Made by a program: the position numbers and the translations under genes
Shown: positions 51,774-64,000 of the stretch, piece after piece
Position numbering within the stretch: the stretch's first letter is position 1
Layout: each line of letters opens with the position of its first letter
Assembly (NCBI RefSeq): GCF_001194135.2
Contig: NC_068984.1
Location: 144,361,821 to 144,425,820, forward strand
Origin: Octopus bimaculoides
Taxonomy: Eukaryota
Direction: 5' to 3'
DNA length: 64,000 nucleotides
Notes under the pieces: model-generated
Seen by the model: the letters and a program-made list of their open reading frames with translations, nothing else
What the model was told of the DNA's origin: nothing
Database searches by the model: none

Positions 51774-52249
51774 CTTGAATATTTTTCCAATAATGTATAT
51801 GACTTGAGCTGTTTGCCTTAACGTTTGTTGTCCTCTTTAACAATTCTATATCCGTTGCATCGGAAATCTGCAATGGCTCCATAACTACCTTCTCGGCTGT
51901 AATCTCGGAGCCCAAGTAATCCGTTACAGCACTTACCTTGCGTACCTAATCTATTAGATCACCTGTGAACTAAACCCCCATACTTTGTGTATTTACTTAT
52001 GTAGGTTCTTCTTCTTTCAAATTAAGATTTATGTAATCTACTTCACACCTTTTCGAAGGATAAATGAAACGAAAGCACTGTTCTCCAGAAAGTCTGGGAG
52101 TTAGAAAACAAAATGTTGAATTTTGTTTTCATTTAATGTGGAGCTTTATCACACACGCTAAGCCATTTGTTAACAATAGATAGGATTGTAATCTCTGCTG
52201 TATGGAATTGTTGGAAATCTAAAATGCACAAGAGAGGTTCTTTTATTCT

Positions 52250-52622
52250 TTTACTTGTTTCAGTCATTTGACTGTGGACATGCAGGAGCACCACCTTTTA
52301 GTCGAGCAAATCGATCCCAAGACTTATTCCTTGTAAGCCTAGTACTTATTCTATCGGTTTCTTTTTTGCCGAACCACTAAATTATGGGGAAGTAGACACA
52401 CCAACATCGCGTGTCAAGTGAAGTTGGGGGGACAAAAACACACACATACATATATATATGGCGGGCTTCTTTCAGTTTCCGTCTACCAAATCCACTCATA
52501 TGGCATTGGTCGGCCCGAGGCTATAGTAGAAGACACTTGCCCAAGGTACCACGCAGTGGGACTGAACCTGGAACCATGTGGTTGGTAAGCAAGCTACCTT
52601 ACCACACAGCCACTCCTGCTCC
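52250..52622 (-). mobile_element. Near full-length tRNA-derived SINE
   Basis: ttttacttgtttcagtcatttgactg...ttaccacacagccactcctgc; many related copies in the window. Confidence 0.8.
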
Positions 52623-55600
52623 TGTTTGCTTTTAATAGATTGAACAAACTAAAGGTTTATACTTCTATAGGACTGAATGCTAAACCTGGGGTACATACCT
52701 TCATCACCAGTGACAGGATTTATGATTTATCTTCGCAGCCTAGCATACCTCTGTCATTATGGTTGTAACTGATCATATTCAAACAACCCTTTGTTCTAAC
52801 GACACATACTGATGATTGTTAGCGGACGTTAAACGATGATGATGATTTTATATTCCTCATTATTTATATTTAATAACTTTTTGTCAGTTTACTTTTAGCA
52901 CTGGCTTATCTATAATAACTGTCACCATCTCTAGTTACACACCTAATTCTTTATAATTTATTATTCTATAAACTCTCTTGACACTATTTAGCATATAGGG
53001 CCTCTGTAACTCTTACAATTTTTAACATTGTCTTATTAAGCCCAAGAATTACATTATTTACATTTGACGGCTATTTGTCCTCATCTTGTTTGTAAATAAT
53101 TCCTCCTCTCTTAAATATAGAACTGTATAATCCCAATAATTTTAAATCACTAGGGAATGTTTTATCTATTGTACCAGAACAATTTTAATTAACTTACTTT
53201 ATTCTAAATAATTTCTGGCAACTTTGGTTGTTATAAACATTAATGCCTTTGGATTATCACGTTTATCAGTTCTGCTTTTCTTTCTCAATTAAGCTCTGGT
53301 CTTTCAACTGACAGATTCTTTGCAGCTAAGTAACCGATAACTTCTTACTGTGTTGGTCAAGCTCTCATTATTATTATTCTAGGATGTTCATTTATTCATT
53401 CATGCCAATACCATCTTCCTCTGTACGTGATTTATCTTTTTCTTTCTTTTCCTTTTACCTCCCCTTCTTTCCTTCTTCCAGAATTCTGCAGAGAACCGAG
53501 CTCAGCTGCAGTTTTAACTGCCATTATTTGCTGGATCTCTTGTCACTACATTCCGAGTGCAAGTTCCGCTGAGGTCGACTTTGCCTTTCATCCTTTCGGG
53601 GTCGATAAATTAAGCACCAGTTGCGTGCTGGGGTCGACGCGATCGACTATCCACCCACACTCAATTTCCTGGCCTTGTGCCTATAGTAGAAAGGATCATT
53701 AGCTGAATCTCCATTAAATGATGCTAATATACTTGTTGTTCAATAATATTGTTTTGGATCAAACGAATGCTGACTTTTAAGGTAATATTATAACAGTAAA
53801 CGTCTCTTTTTTCCCCTTTGAGCCACATTGGCAGCTGCCTTTGAACATGTTTTGATGGGGGACCAGATGTCATGCTTGGTTCCTTATTATCTGCAACTGT
53901 TGGTCTTTGTGGATGAGGTCACAAGACTTAATGACTTCTTTAGGATTATTAATGCCTTTAACTGCCCTTATATTTGACTTTATTCTACCATCCACCCCTC
54001 TCGATTGGCAGGTTGCAGACGCACCCACCTTCAATTTCTTAAATGTTGGTAATTATGATTTTAACTTCACTTGTTGATAAATCAACCAGTCACACGTTAA
54101 TATGGTTGCCTGATAAGTTGGGTGTTATGTAGCGTTAGACAGTCTAACTAAATTCTATTATGCTTATGTCATAATATAGACTCTGAATGAAATAATTGAA
54201 GCAATTACCAGAAAGGCCCATTAGTCTATATAATATATATACACACTCACATACATACACTGTGCCTTGGAAAAAAGATGGGATGGCCATGGCTGGAACG
54301 TCTTTTCACACAAGTTTGCTCAATAAGGACTGACTGACAGCTAAACAATAACACACAAACATATCTTTATAAACATAAATACATAAAAAAAACAAGCTAA
54401 CACCAATTGCTTTGAATTTGTTTATTCCAATCAAACTTTTAGATATGCCAATCTATACAACTTGTCTTGTCTTATTTTTTTTTTCTGATATTTTTTTCTT
54501 GCAATTAAATTTGCAAAATGAAAAGTTCTACAAAAATGGAAGATGTTCTTCCTGCCAAAAATTAAAAAAAAAACAATTTTAGTCTAAAGTTCAGTGATTG
54601 CTGGTAATTAGTAATTGTGGTGGTGATACTAGNNNNNNNNNNNNNNNNNNNNNNNNNNNNNNNNNNNNNNNNNNNNNNNNNNNNNNNNNNNNNNNNNNNN
54701 NNNNNNNNNNNNNNNNNNNNNNNNNNNNNNNNNNNNNNNNNNNNNNNNNNNNNNNNNNNNNNNNNNNNNNNNNNNNNNNNNNNNNNNNNNNNNNNNNNNN
54801 NNNNNNNNNNNNNNNNNNNNNNNNNNNNNNNNNNNNNNNNNNNNNNNNNNNNNNNNNNNNNNGGGGGGAGAGAGAAAAATACAATTTGTTATGAAATACT
54901 TTTAATTGAATTGGACATAAAGGGTGTCATAGAAATTAAAATTCTTTACCCTTTTTTTTTTTCTTTCTTCTATCCTACAGGTGCTCAAATAGTTGATTGT
55001 ATTTAGATATTTACACAGAGTGTAAGGAAGGGGTTCGTATGCAGTGTTGAAACAATCATTACTTTCTATTGTACTGCAGCTCTACACAAAAAAAGCTCCA
55101 TAAAGGTGAGGGCTACTATTTTCAGGCTTATTAAAACAGTTCAACACTCAGGTGTTAAAGTGGTCGAGAAACAACTGGAATTAAGTACAGATTCCGGTGT
55201 AAGAGTACAACTTGTAAGGCAGAAGTGAGTGAATTTTTATCTAAGAATGAAAAAGACTGCTTGCCTTCTGACATTAAAATTCTAGTTGAGATTATTGTGT
55301 AACATAAGAGTGTGTTTCAAGGGAGGGAGATTTCAACAGACAATAAATGTTGGGGGGGGGGGGAATTCTCACTCACACACACACACCTATACACACATAC
55401 AAACACTATTGATAATGCTTTTTTTATATTAAGCAGAAAAGATCACCTATGCAATATATACACATACAAATATGTATATATGTATATATATATATATATA
55501 TACTCGTGTGTATATATAGACACACACAAAGATATATGTACATCATACACTTATGTACATACATATTTATATATATATATATATAGTAACACACACAAAT

Positions 55601-56292
55601 GCATATCTTTTGTACAAGCTAAATGTATTTATATAAAAATGCCACATTCATTTAGACATGGAGGTCTTAGGATGGTTCCCTCTACCTAAACAAATGCTAT
55701 TAAGGTACTAAAAACCAACGTAATAACTGCCAAACTGGCCGAAGACTGTTGCCATCAATTCGTAAACTAATTGGGTCATTGGAGGTCAAAAGCCTGAATT
55801 GTAACTGAACACACAAGCCTCACATGTGTATTTGACCCTTTAACTGACCATATAAAGTCCAAATGTTATGTTCAAACTGGCTAGATCTGGCCTCTCAAAC
55901 TTACACTACAATGCCATTCTAAAAACAATTACATCAGCAAAATCTCACAACTCGGAGATAACGCATCATAACTTCAAAATGAAAATAGATTAGCATTAGA
56001 TTTGTCAGAATGATCTGAACACCAAACGACTAAACCTTCAACTGGCTACAATTTATGTATATATACATACACACACTCATAACTGGGTGAATGTGTGTGT
56101 ATATATAAACATATATACATACACACACACTCATAACTATATATGTATGTATATATATATATATATATATAGTAACCAAGCAGAAATTAGTGACTCAGGA
56201 GCCTAGAGTTTTGTGTGTTAGCACTTAACAAACCCACAGAATTCTTGGCTCTTCAGTCAGTGGTGCTGATTATTAATAAAATATACACAGAC

Positions 56293-56323
<31 letters not shown>

Positions 56324-58228
56324 CATAGCAATTAGGTGGTTGATCTTTCAGCAAAATATTAACAAAATCGATTTTTTTTTTCTATTTGATGGAGGCATAA
56401 ATTTGTTTTTCTTAAAGAACAAAATGAAGGGCAAGCAACAAGTGAAAAATGTGTTTGTGATTATTCCAATCTAATATATTACTGGTATTTCCATGTTTGC
56501 TTGCTTAATCAAGCCCCTGCGAGGGATGAAAGGGAAAGCTGACCCTTGGCATGGTTTTGTTTTTTTTTTGATGGGTCGATGGAAGTACAACACTATATTT
56601 TGCAAAGTCTTTTATGAATTCAGCCCCTGGTTATAAGGTATGAAACAAACTAATACGGTAATCCCACTTGATCTCCAACACAGCAATGTAACAAATAACT
56701 TAGGTATATATAAATGGGGGTTAGTGGGATGGGGACAGAACACTCTTTCCCTGCCAAAACAAAAAAAAACTTGACAGGAATGATCTTGTGAATGCACTGT
56801 TGTGTGAGTTGACGAGGGCATGAGTGGGGCAATGACCTTTCGGCAGTGACCTTCAGTTCCATCAAAAATATTTAAGGAAAAAAAGAGAAAAGGAGGAATT
56901 AATTGGTAGAGAGGAAGGTTTGGAAATTGAATGTGGACAAAAAGGGAAATACGTGGGCTCAGTGAGAGGACCAACCTATCAACCTGTGTTTGTGAGAAAA
57001 GGTAGGACAAGGTGTCAGTTAACGGTGAAGAAAATATTATGAAGGAAAAAAAAACTAGGTTTTACTTTTTTTGTTTGTTTGAAAGATAAAAATAATTATT
57101 TGGAACCGTGATGTGGAAGTGTGTATGTCTGTGTGTGCATGTATGTATATATATATACTTACACACCACTCATACGTACAAGCAGGCATATATGCATATC
57201 AACACAATCATGCACATATATAGTTTATGTATATACACACACACATATGCATATGTGTATGTCTGTATGCATATCTATGTATGTGTGTATTTTGTCCAAA
57301 ATTTTGTAAAATATAATTTTTGGTAGCTACAAAATATAAAAAACTAAATTTTATTGCCAGTGTGTGCATGGATGTGTGTTTGTGTCATCTGCATGACAGA
57401 AAAACTGTCTTCATTAATTCAATATACAATTCATTAGTGTTAAGGGGATTGTCTAATTAAACTGTTTCATGTCTGTGTTTGCAATTGTATTTGTGTAGAC
57501 ATATATGCAGATTGATTTTATACACTTTTGTAAACAAATGTGCGCATATATATATATGTGTATGTATGTTTGTCTATATATGTTTGGTGTTACAAACAGG
57601 AAAACAGAACTCAAAACATGAGTGTATATATACATTGTTTAATCAGCAGAAGTTACAAAGTAACTGAGGGGCCCAGAGATTTAAATAATGGCCAATGCAT
57701 GGCACTCTTGGTCCTTAAGTCACTTTGTAACTTCTGCTAATTATATATATATATGTTCGCTGAAATATTTTCCGACAAAATTATAAACTCTACACAATGC
57801 ATTAAGTTTTTTTTTTTTTCTGTGTTGCATTTTTGTGTGTGTGTGTGCTGAATTGTGTCGGTGTCCACTGAGTGATTCATCCACAGTGTTGCTAATTAAA
57901 TAACCATCATTAACTCACCAAATTACATTTCAATATCTGTACAGTGCACATGTGATGATGTGTTTCAAGTTCAAGTAAGAGATTGGGTGGGGTACAATAG
58001 CAGGGTGGGCTGACAATCTCGTGCAGTAAACTCCACTGCAACATGTGGAAAACAACAAACATGTTGCAACTGTGCGGTGTGAGCCCACATGTTGACACAA
58101 TCTGCACTGTACCCACCAACCAAAGAAGACAAAACAATGGTCGTTCCTTCAGTGGAAATCAATTTGCATATTGAACTGTTATTGAATAAACATTAGACTA
58201 AATTGAAAAAATGAAGAATGAAGGATGG

Positions 58229-58331
58229 TCAGAATATATCTGGACATCTTGACCAATCACGCTGCCAATAGTCTTTGTTGAAGAGCCAGTCTTCTTTACC
58301 AGTGGTCGGGTGGATACCATAGTGGAACCAT
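58229..58331 (-). CDS. OSBPL1A: Oxysterol-binding protein-related (ORP1/ORP2-type), last coding exon
   Basis: WFHYGIHPTTGKEDWLFNKDYWQRDWSRCPDIF* is the canonical ORD C-terminus. Acceptor tttctctgtatttcag. ORP1 versus ORP2 cannot be resolved from this window. Confidence 0.9.
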
Positions 58332-58856
58332 CTGAAATACAGAGAAATAAACTGAAGTGATGGTGAAGGTTATGTTGAATGTTTATATAGTTGTACTACA
58401 TACTGCAGTGGTCTGTTGAAAAAAAATATATACATAAATCAGGCACGTGCCATCAGTAAGTACCCAGGGTAGGCAGTTGGTAACCTTTATGTAGTAAAAC
58501 ACGTGAAAAAATAAGTGAAACACAGGCGCGCGCGCGACTGAGTTGGAGGCAGGTTTACTAATGCCGTTATAGCACAAAGAAAATGGTGTTGTAGGAATGT
58601 ACACAGCATGCGTAGCTTTAATACTAAGATTGAAAGGCAGGGGTGAATTATGCCTACCTTATCTACAAAAATACAGAATATTTTGTATTTTATGCATAGA
58701 AATCAGAGTAACCTTCATAATTTTATTGAATTTGGTGCATATTTTTGCCTTGAAAGGAAAATGTTACTATCAATCTATTTTATTCAAGGAAGGGATTGCC
58801 TACCTAGGCAGTACATCTCTGATAAATATATATACTAAACAGATTGAAGATGGTGG

Positions 58857-59586
58857 TATTATCATCATCATTTAACGTCCGCTTTCCATGCTAGCATGGG
58901 TTGGACGATTTGACAGGATTGGCGAAACCAGATGGCTACACCAGGCTCCAATCTGATTTGGCAGAGTTTCTACAACTGGATGCCCTTCCTAATGCCAACC
59001 ACTCCGAGAGTGTAGTGGGTGCTTTTACGTGCCACCGGCATGAAGGCCAGTCAGACGGTACTGGCAACGGCCACGCTTAAAATGGTGTATTTNNNNNNNN
59101 NNNNNNNNNNNNNNNNNNNNNNNNNNNNNNNNNNNNNNNNNNNNNNNNNNNNNNNNNNNNNNNNNNNNNNNNNNNNNNNNNNNNNNNNNNNNNNNNNNNN
59201 NNNNNNNNNNNNNNNNNNNNNNNNNNNNNNNNNNNNNNNNNNNNNNNNNNNNNNNNNNNNNNNNNNNNNNNNNNNNNNNNNNNNNNNNNNNNNNNNNNNN
59301 NNNNNNNNNNNNNNNNNNNNNNNNNNNNNNNNNNTTAGCGCTCTACTGGTACAGTTGCCCCAACAGGTCTTCACAAGCTGAGTTTAGTGTCCAATGAAGG
59401 AGAGGTTCGCATGGGTGCCAGTCATCGAATTTGGTTCGATTTCGATTTCATTTGCCTCAACAGGTCTTCGCAAGCAGAGTTTAGTGTCCAATGAAGGAAA
59501 GGTATGCATAAGTGAGCTGGTTACACCCCTGGCATAGGCTGCGGGTTATGGTCTCACTTGGCTTGCCGGGTCTTCTCACGCACAGC
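58857..59586 (-). mobile_element. RTE LINE 3' end (spans an N gap)
   Basis: Reverse complement of the 17.4-17.9 kb and 25.8-26.4 kb sequence. Confidence 0.8.
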
Positions 59587-59594
59587 AATGTATG

Positions 59595-59636
<42 letters not shown>

Positions 59637-59922
59637 TGAATAACACTAATAGTACTAATAACTATATCAAAGGTCGTGCTTCACCACCTCATCCCAAAGG
59701 CGACAATTGTTTCAGAAGCAAGTGGAATCATTTCGGCCATGTGCACATTGGTTTGTACAGATAGAAATGACATAAATTCAAACACTGATTTATTAAGTCA
59801 CGAATAAACGTCTCAACTGTCAACTGATCAGACTCGTTAAAGTTACAGGTGGTAACTTAATTCATGAATTGAATTCATTTGTCATTATTTAGATTTACAT
59901 AATTTGCATCTACAAACCAATG

Positions 59923-60470
59923 TACAAGGTCTCATCAAAAAGTATCGGGACTCATGCTATAAATAGAAAAACTAAAACCACAATTTGGCATTTAATCTCT
60001 TTCGAGTCGTCTCCTGCGGCCACACACTTAATCCAGCATTGTTTCCATTGATGGAAGCATTCCTGGAAATCTTTTTTTTTTAGGGATATTGAACAGCTGC
60101 CATGTTTCATTTTCTTGGATTTCCTCAATGTCTTCAAGTCTTGTTGAGAATCTTACACTGTAAAGACTGAGCCTTGGTTTCACAGACATAGACTCACAAT
60201 TCTTCACCTCTTATGACCATTTTCAAAAAGTTTTCATCTTCCCCAACACAAGGTGGTCCTGCACAGACGAAATCCAATCTTTTCGACACGACCCCTTTCT
60301 ACACACTTTATTTCCAAACACTGCTATAAGCAAGGGAAGTGAGGACACCATAACTCAGTGTTCAAGCAGAACAGAGTTCAAAGTCAATCTGTGCCACGTG
60401 GCTTCACTCTGCATGTTTTAGCTTTGTCACTATAGCAACAGTTCTGACGCTTTTTCATCAGACCTTCATA
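59923..60470 (-). mobile_element. Internally deleted mariner with both TIRs
   Basis: TACAAGGTCTCATCAAAAAG ... CTTTTTCATCAGACCTTCATA termini; minus-strand relic FQECFHQWKQCWIKCVAAG. Confidence 0.8.
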
Positions 60471-60813
60471 TACATTAGCTACCATTTTTATCTACTGGTA
60501 CCAATTTAAAATATGAATTTAAGAGCCAATAGAAGTCTTTATGTGGTCTCTTGACCTGCTAGATATAGGAGCCATAAATCCTTCCAACCACACACTATTA
60601 TCTTAACAAATGGAAGGATACACTGATCAATGTAGTCCAAGAAATACTATGCTAAAACAAACAAACAAAAAAAAGAAGCAGACAAATGTTTGCAGCTGGT
60701 AGGCTTTTGGATGAAGGCCTTCATAGCCAGGACAACCTTCAGATTAAATGGATCTTTACTCTTGTCGACAAAGAAATGGTTTAAGAAACAACTAATGTCA
60801 AAGACAAACTTAC

Positions 60814-60904
60814 ACAGGCGTCCATTCTTCTTTCTTTTTCTTCCGTTCTCGGCGAGCTGATCTTTGTTTTTCTTCAAGCCTGTTCTTCTCCATGGCAGCA
60901 GTGT
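60814..60904 (-). CDS. OSBPL1A: OSBP-related, penultimate coding exon
   Basis: DTAAMEKNRLEEKQRSARRERKKKKEEWTPV carries the EK-x-RLEEKQR ORD motif. Acceptor ctttgtcttctccccag, donor GTAAGT; phase 1 to 2 joins the last exon. Confidence 0.92.
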
Positions 60905-62941
60905 CTGGGGAGAAGACAAAGAAAACATATTTTGTCAACTGATGCAACTGTAATCTGAGCGTTTATAATATCACAATGATTTACTACAACAACAACAGGT
61001 GTCACTTAATCTACAACCATGCCCACCTCCTTTTATTGAAATAAGTTTTTGTAGTGAAATTAATAAATCAATATTTGTTAGGGTCAAATAGAATAGGGGC
61101 TGACCCCTATATTTCTTTCAGTCAGGAAGTGGTGGACGAGATAAAATACATAAATCTCAACAGAAGATTCCCAAAGTGAGAGAGAGATGCAATACAGACT
61201 CACTCTCAAAGGTCACCTTAACAGGGCTTCTCTATCTCTCTCTCTCTCAGCACTCAAAGAAATTTCAAAAAGTTACAAAGTTATTCCGTTTGTCAACCAC
61301 AGGGAATTTCCTGCAACCTCAACACGATAAGGTCTCACACAGTAAAATGAAACGAGCAATTCAGATCAACCCTGATTATCTACCTTCTTTCGTGGTTTAT
61401 AAAACGCAGTTATATTCTAAAAAAAATGTCTAGAAAACAAAACAAAAAACAGAAAAGAAAATGACCCTGGATGTCCCATAAACTAATTTTATCCCTAATA
61501 TTTTGAATATCTGCAGCAGAAATTGGGGTTCATCTAACAACCCTGTGCGTCTTTTATGCCATCGAACACCTGAGCAATTAGTTTGTGGCAAATCTAATAA
61601 CAAGGGAGATCACTCTCGTGGACAACATCGAAATTCTTGAACATTTTTGTAGACAATAAAGACTGGAAGTGGATCTGGTTTTTAAAACAACCTGGGGAAG
61701 GTAACAAACATGTCACCAAACCTCACCTATTTCCAAGAACAGCAATATTCCCCCTTGGCCACACATGTTTTTTCATGAAAGACTGGAAATAAACATCATC
61801 AACTGTGTGATGGTGATGCTCATTTACACTCATCACATGATACCTAGACAAAGGTATATGCACACACACACATGATGGGCTTCTTCAAATAAGCTCCATG
61901 CACCTCAATCACACAGCCACACCTGCGCCTTTGCTATTATATAATTACAAGAGAGGGAGAGAGAGAAAGACAGCTTGATGCTCTCTGATAACAAAGCTAT
62001 GTTGATATGTAATCAAAAAAATGGATGTCACATTATTTAATCTTATTGGGAGATTTGCATTGTTAATTACTCGGAGAGGATTATGCTGCTATGAGCTGGT
62101 ACCATGTAAGAAGCACCCAATCATCATCATCATCGTTTAACGTCCGCTTTCCATGCTGGCATGGGTTGGACGGTTTGACTGAGGGCTGGCAAACTGGGAG
62201 GCTGCACCAGGCTCCAATCTGATTTGGCAAGGTTTCTGCAGCTGGGTGCCCTTCCTAATGCCAACCACTCTGAGAGTGTAGTGGGTACTTTGTACGTGCC
62301 ACTGGCACAGGAGCCAGTCGGGCAGCACTGGCATTGGCCACACTTGAATGGTGCTTTTTACGTGCCACCGGCATAGGTCTTAGTCAGGCGGCACTTGCAT
62401 TGGTGTTAGTCAGGTAAAATGGTTGGCATTAGGAAGGGCACCCAGCCATAGAAAGTAAATGTAACAAAGCAGACAACTGAAGCTCAGCACAGTCGTCTGG
62501 TTTCTTGCATCCTTCCAATCCACCCATGCCAGCTTACAAGATGATGATGATTATATACACACTGACTGGCACCGGTGGCATGTAAAAAGCACTATTCGAG
62601 CGTGGCTGATGCCAGTGCCACATAAAAAGCACCCACTACACTCTCTGAGTGGTTGGCATTAGGAAGGGCATCCAGCTGTAGAAACACTGCCAGATCACAC
62701 TGGAGCTTGGTGCAACCTCCTGGCTTCCCAGACCCCAATCGAACCACCCAACCCATGCCAGCATGGAAAGTGGACATAAAACAATGATGATGATGATGAC
62801 ACACACCACTATATGTTGCTGTTAATTAGCAGATACAGAGATTTCTGTTTGTCTTGACTGTGTTCTAACAATCATTGTTTTCGTGAAGGTGATGATCTAC
62901 ACACACACACACACACACCTATGTTAATATATCCCCTGCAT

Positions 62942-62979
<38 letters not shown>

Positions 62980-63841
62980 ATGTTAATATACCCCCTGCAT
63001 ATGTGTTCTTTTTATTTCATTTATGATTTGCTTATTTTAGTAATGTTAGAGTAAATGGATTAGCCTCTATCCCACCACGGGGCCAGCAAATCAGTGTCTT
63101 TCCACTCCACTGCTGCGGCAGCAGACCAAACTCTACAACCAACACAAAATGGACAACAGATCAAAGTCTAACTACTAGAACAACAACAACATTAGTTTAT
63201 TAAACAACAGAGTGGGGGTCATTGGAATGCTGAGTAAAGCAGGTTTTTTTTTCAATAACACTATAAATTATAAAAACATTTTCATTGAATGCTATGGATT
63301 ACAGTAAGGATAATCCATTGAGATTATCATTATCATGTCAATATCAATTCTGAAGCCAGGCAGGCTCTAGAAATGAAGAAAAGAAAACAAGCAAAAAAAA
63401 TACAACATCAACAACAATAAAGTTTGATAAAATACCACTACGAAACAAACTGAAACTGGGTGTTTTTTTTTCTTTCATCTAAACAAGACAGAAAGGAACA
63501 AAAATATAAAACTAAATCAACTAAAAGAACCGAAGAACAACAAAATCTACAGACGATGGAGATGAACTGAAGACAGACAGACAGACAGAGAAATAGAGAG
63601 AGAGAGAGAGAGGAGGGGAGAATACAGAGAGAGAGAGAGAGAGACATAGAGAGTGTGTGTAGCAGTGGTGGTGGGAGTTGACGTGTTTGGTAAGAGGGAG
63701 AGTGGTGGAGGGAGGAAGTGAAGAGGAGGTGGAAGAAGAGAAAGAAAAGATGAAGACAACAAGAGAGAGAGAGAGAGAGAAGAGCAGTGGTGGGGTGAGT
63801 GCGGCAGCAGCATCCAGACAAATGAGTGAGGTTACATTTAC

Positions 63842-63916
63842 CAAACACCTTCACTGAACGTATTGGGTGACCTCTTTGTTTTTCCTCTAACCTATTCTTC
63901 TCAATAGCGGCACCAT
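63842..63916 (-). CDS. OSBPL1A: OSBP-related, duplicated copy of the penultimate exon (75 nt, phase 1-1)
   Basis: DGAAIEKNRLEEKQRGHPIRSVKVF; acceptor ttctgtttcttgtag, candidate donor GTAAAT. Confidence 0.7.
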
Positions 63917-64000
63917 CTACAAGAAACAGAATCAGCTAGTAGACAACAACATCATATATATGTAGAGAGATATATATTTATTCTGGAACCGGTACATGTA

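Noticed and set aside
51712-51915. 67-aa minus-strand ORF and nearby mini-exon (~51935-51961) as further OSBP exons
   Set aside because: The OSBP CDS already terminates at 58229 with the canonical PDIF*; no recognisable protein motif here.
61384-61416. 33-nt candidate cassette exon in the OSBP intron (tttttttag/GTAGGA)
   Set aside because: In the required phase 1 it contains a stop (TAA); at best a poison exon, with no other support.

Overview
Eukaryotic, intron- and repeat-rich DNA with many N-gaps and microsatellites. The repeat families suggest an octopus (cephalopod) draft genome; this is an inference. Two protein-coding genes were reconstructed by hand from splice sites and reading phase. 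(1) Plus strand, 30505-49121: a 10-coding-exon GTSF1/Asterix-like piRNA factor of about 324 aa. It has two CHHC zinc fingers, an acidic EEDWE motif and two GRGRG motifs. Unusually, its C-terminus carries a coiled-coil module resembling the PYM1/eIF2A C-terminal domain. (2) Minus strand, 58229-63916: the 3' end of an ORP1/ORP2-type oxysterol-binding protein gene with a tandemly duplicated penultimate exon. The rest is mobile DNA: RTE, CR1/L2-like, L1/Tx1 and Penelope-like fragments, tRNA-derived SINEs, mariner relics and MITEs. Several minimal hammerhead-ribozyme-like motifs of the Penelope type are present, one of them on the sense strand of the last GTSF1 intron. An orphan exon at 1688-1773 is bracketed by inverted repeats. 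All alignments were done by eye; no database search was run.
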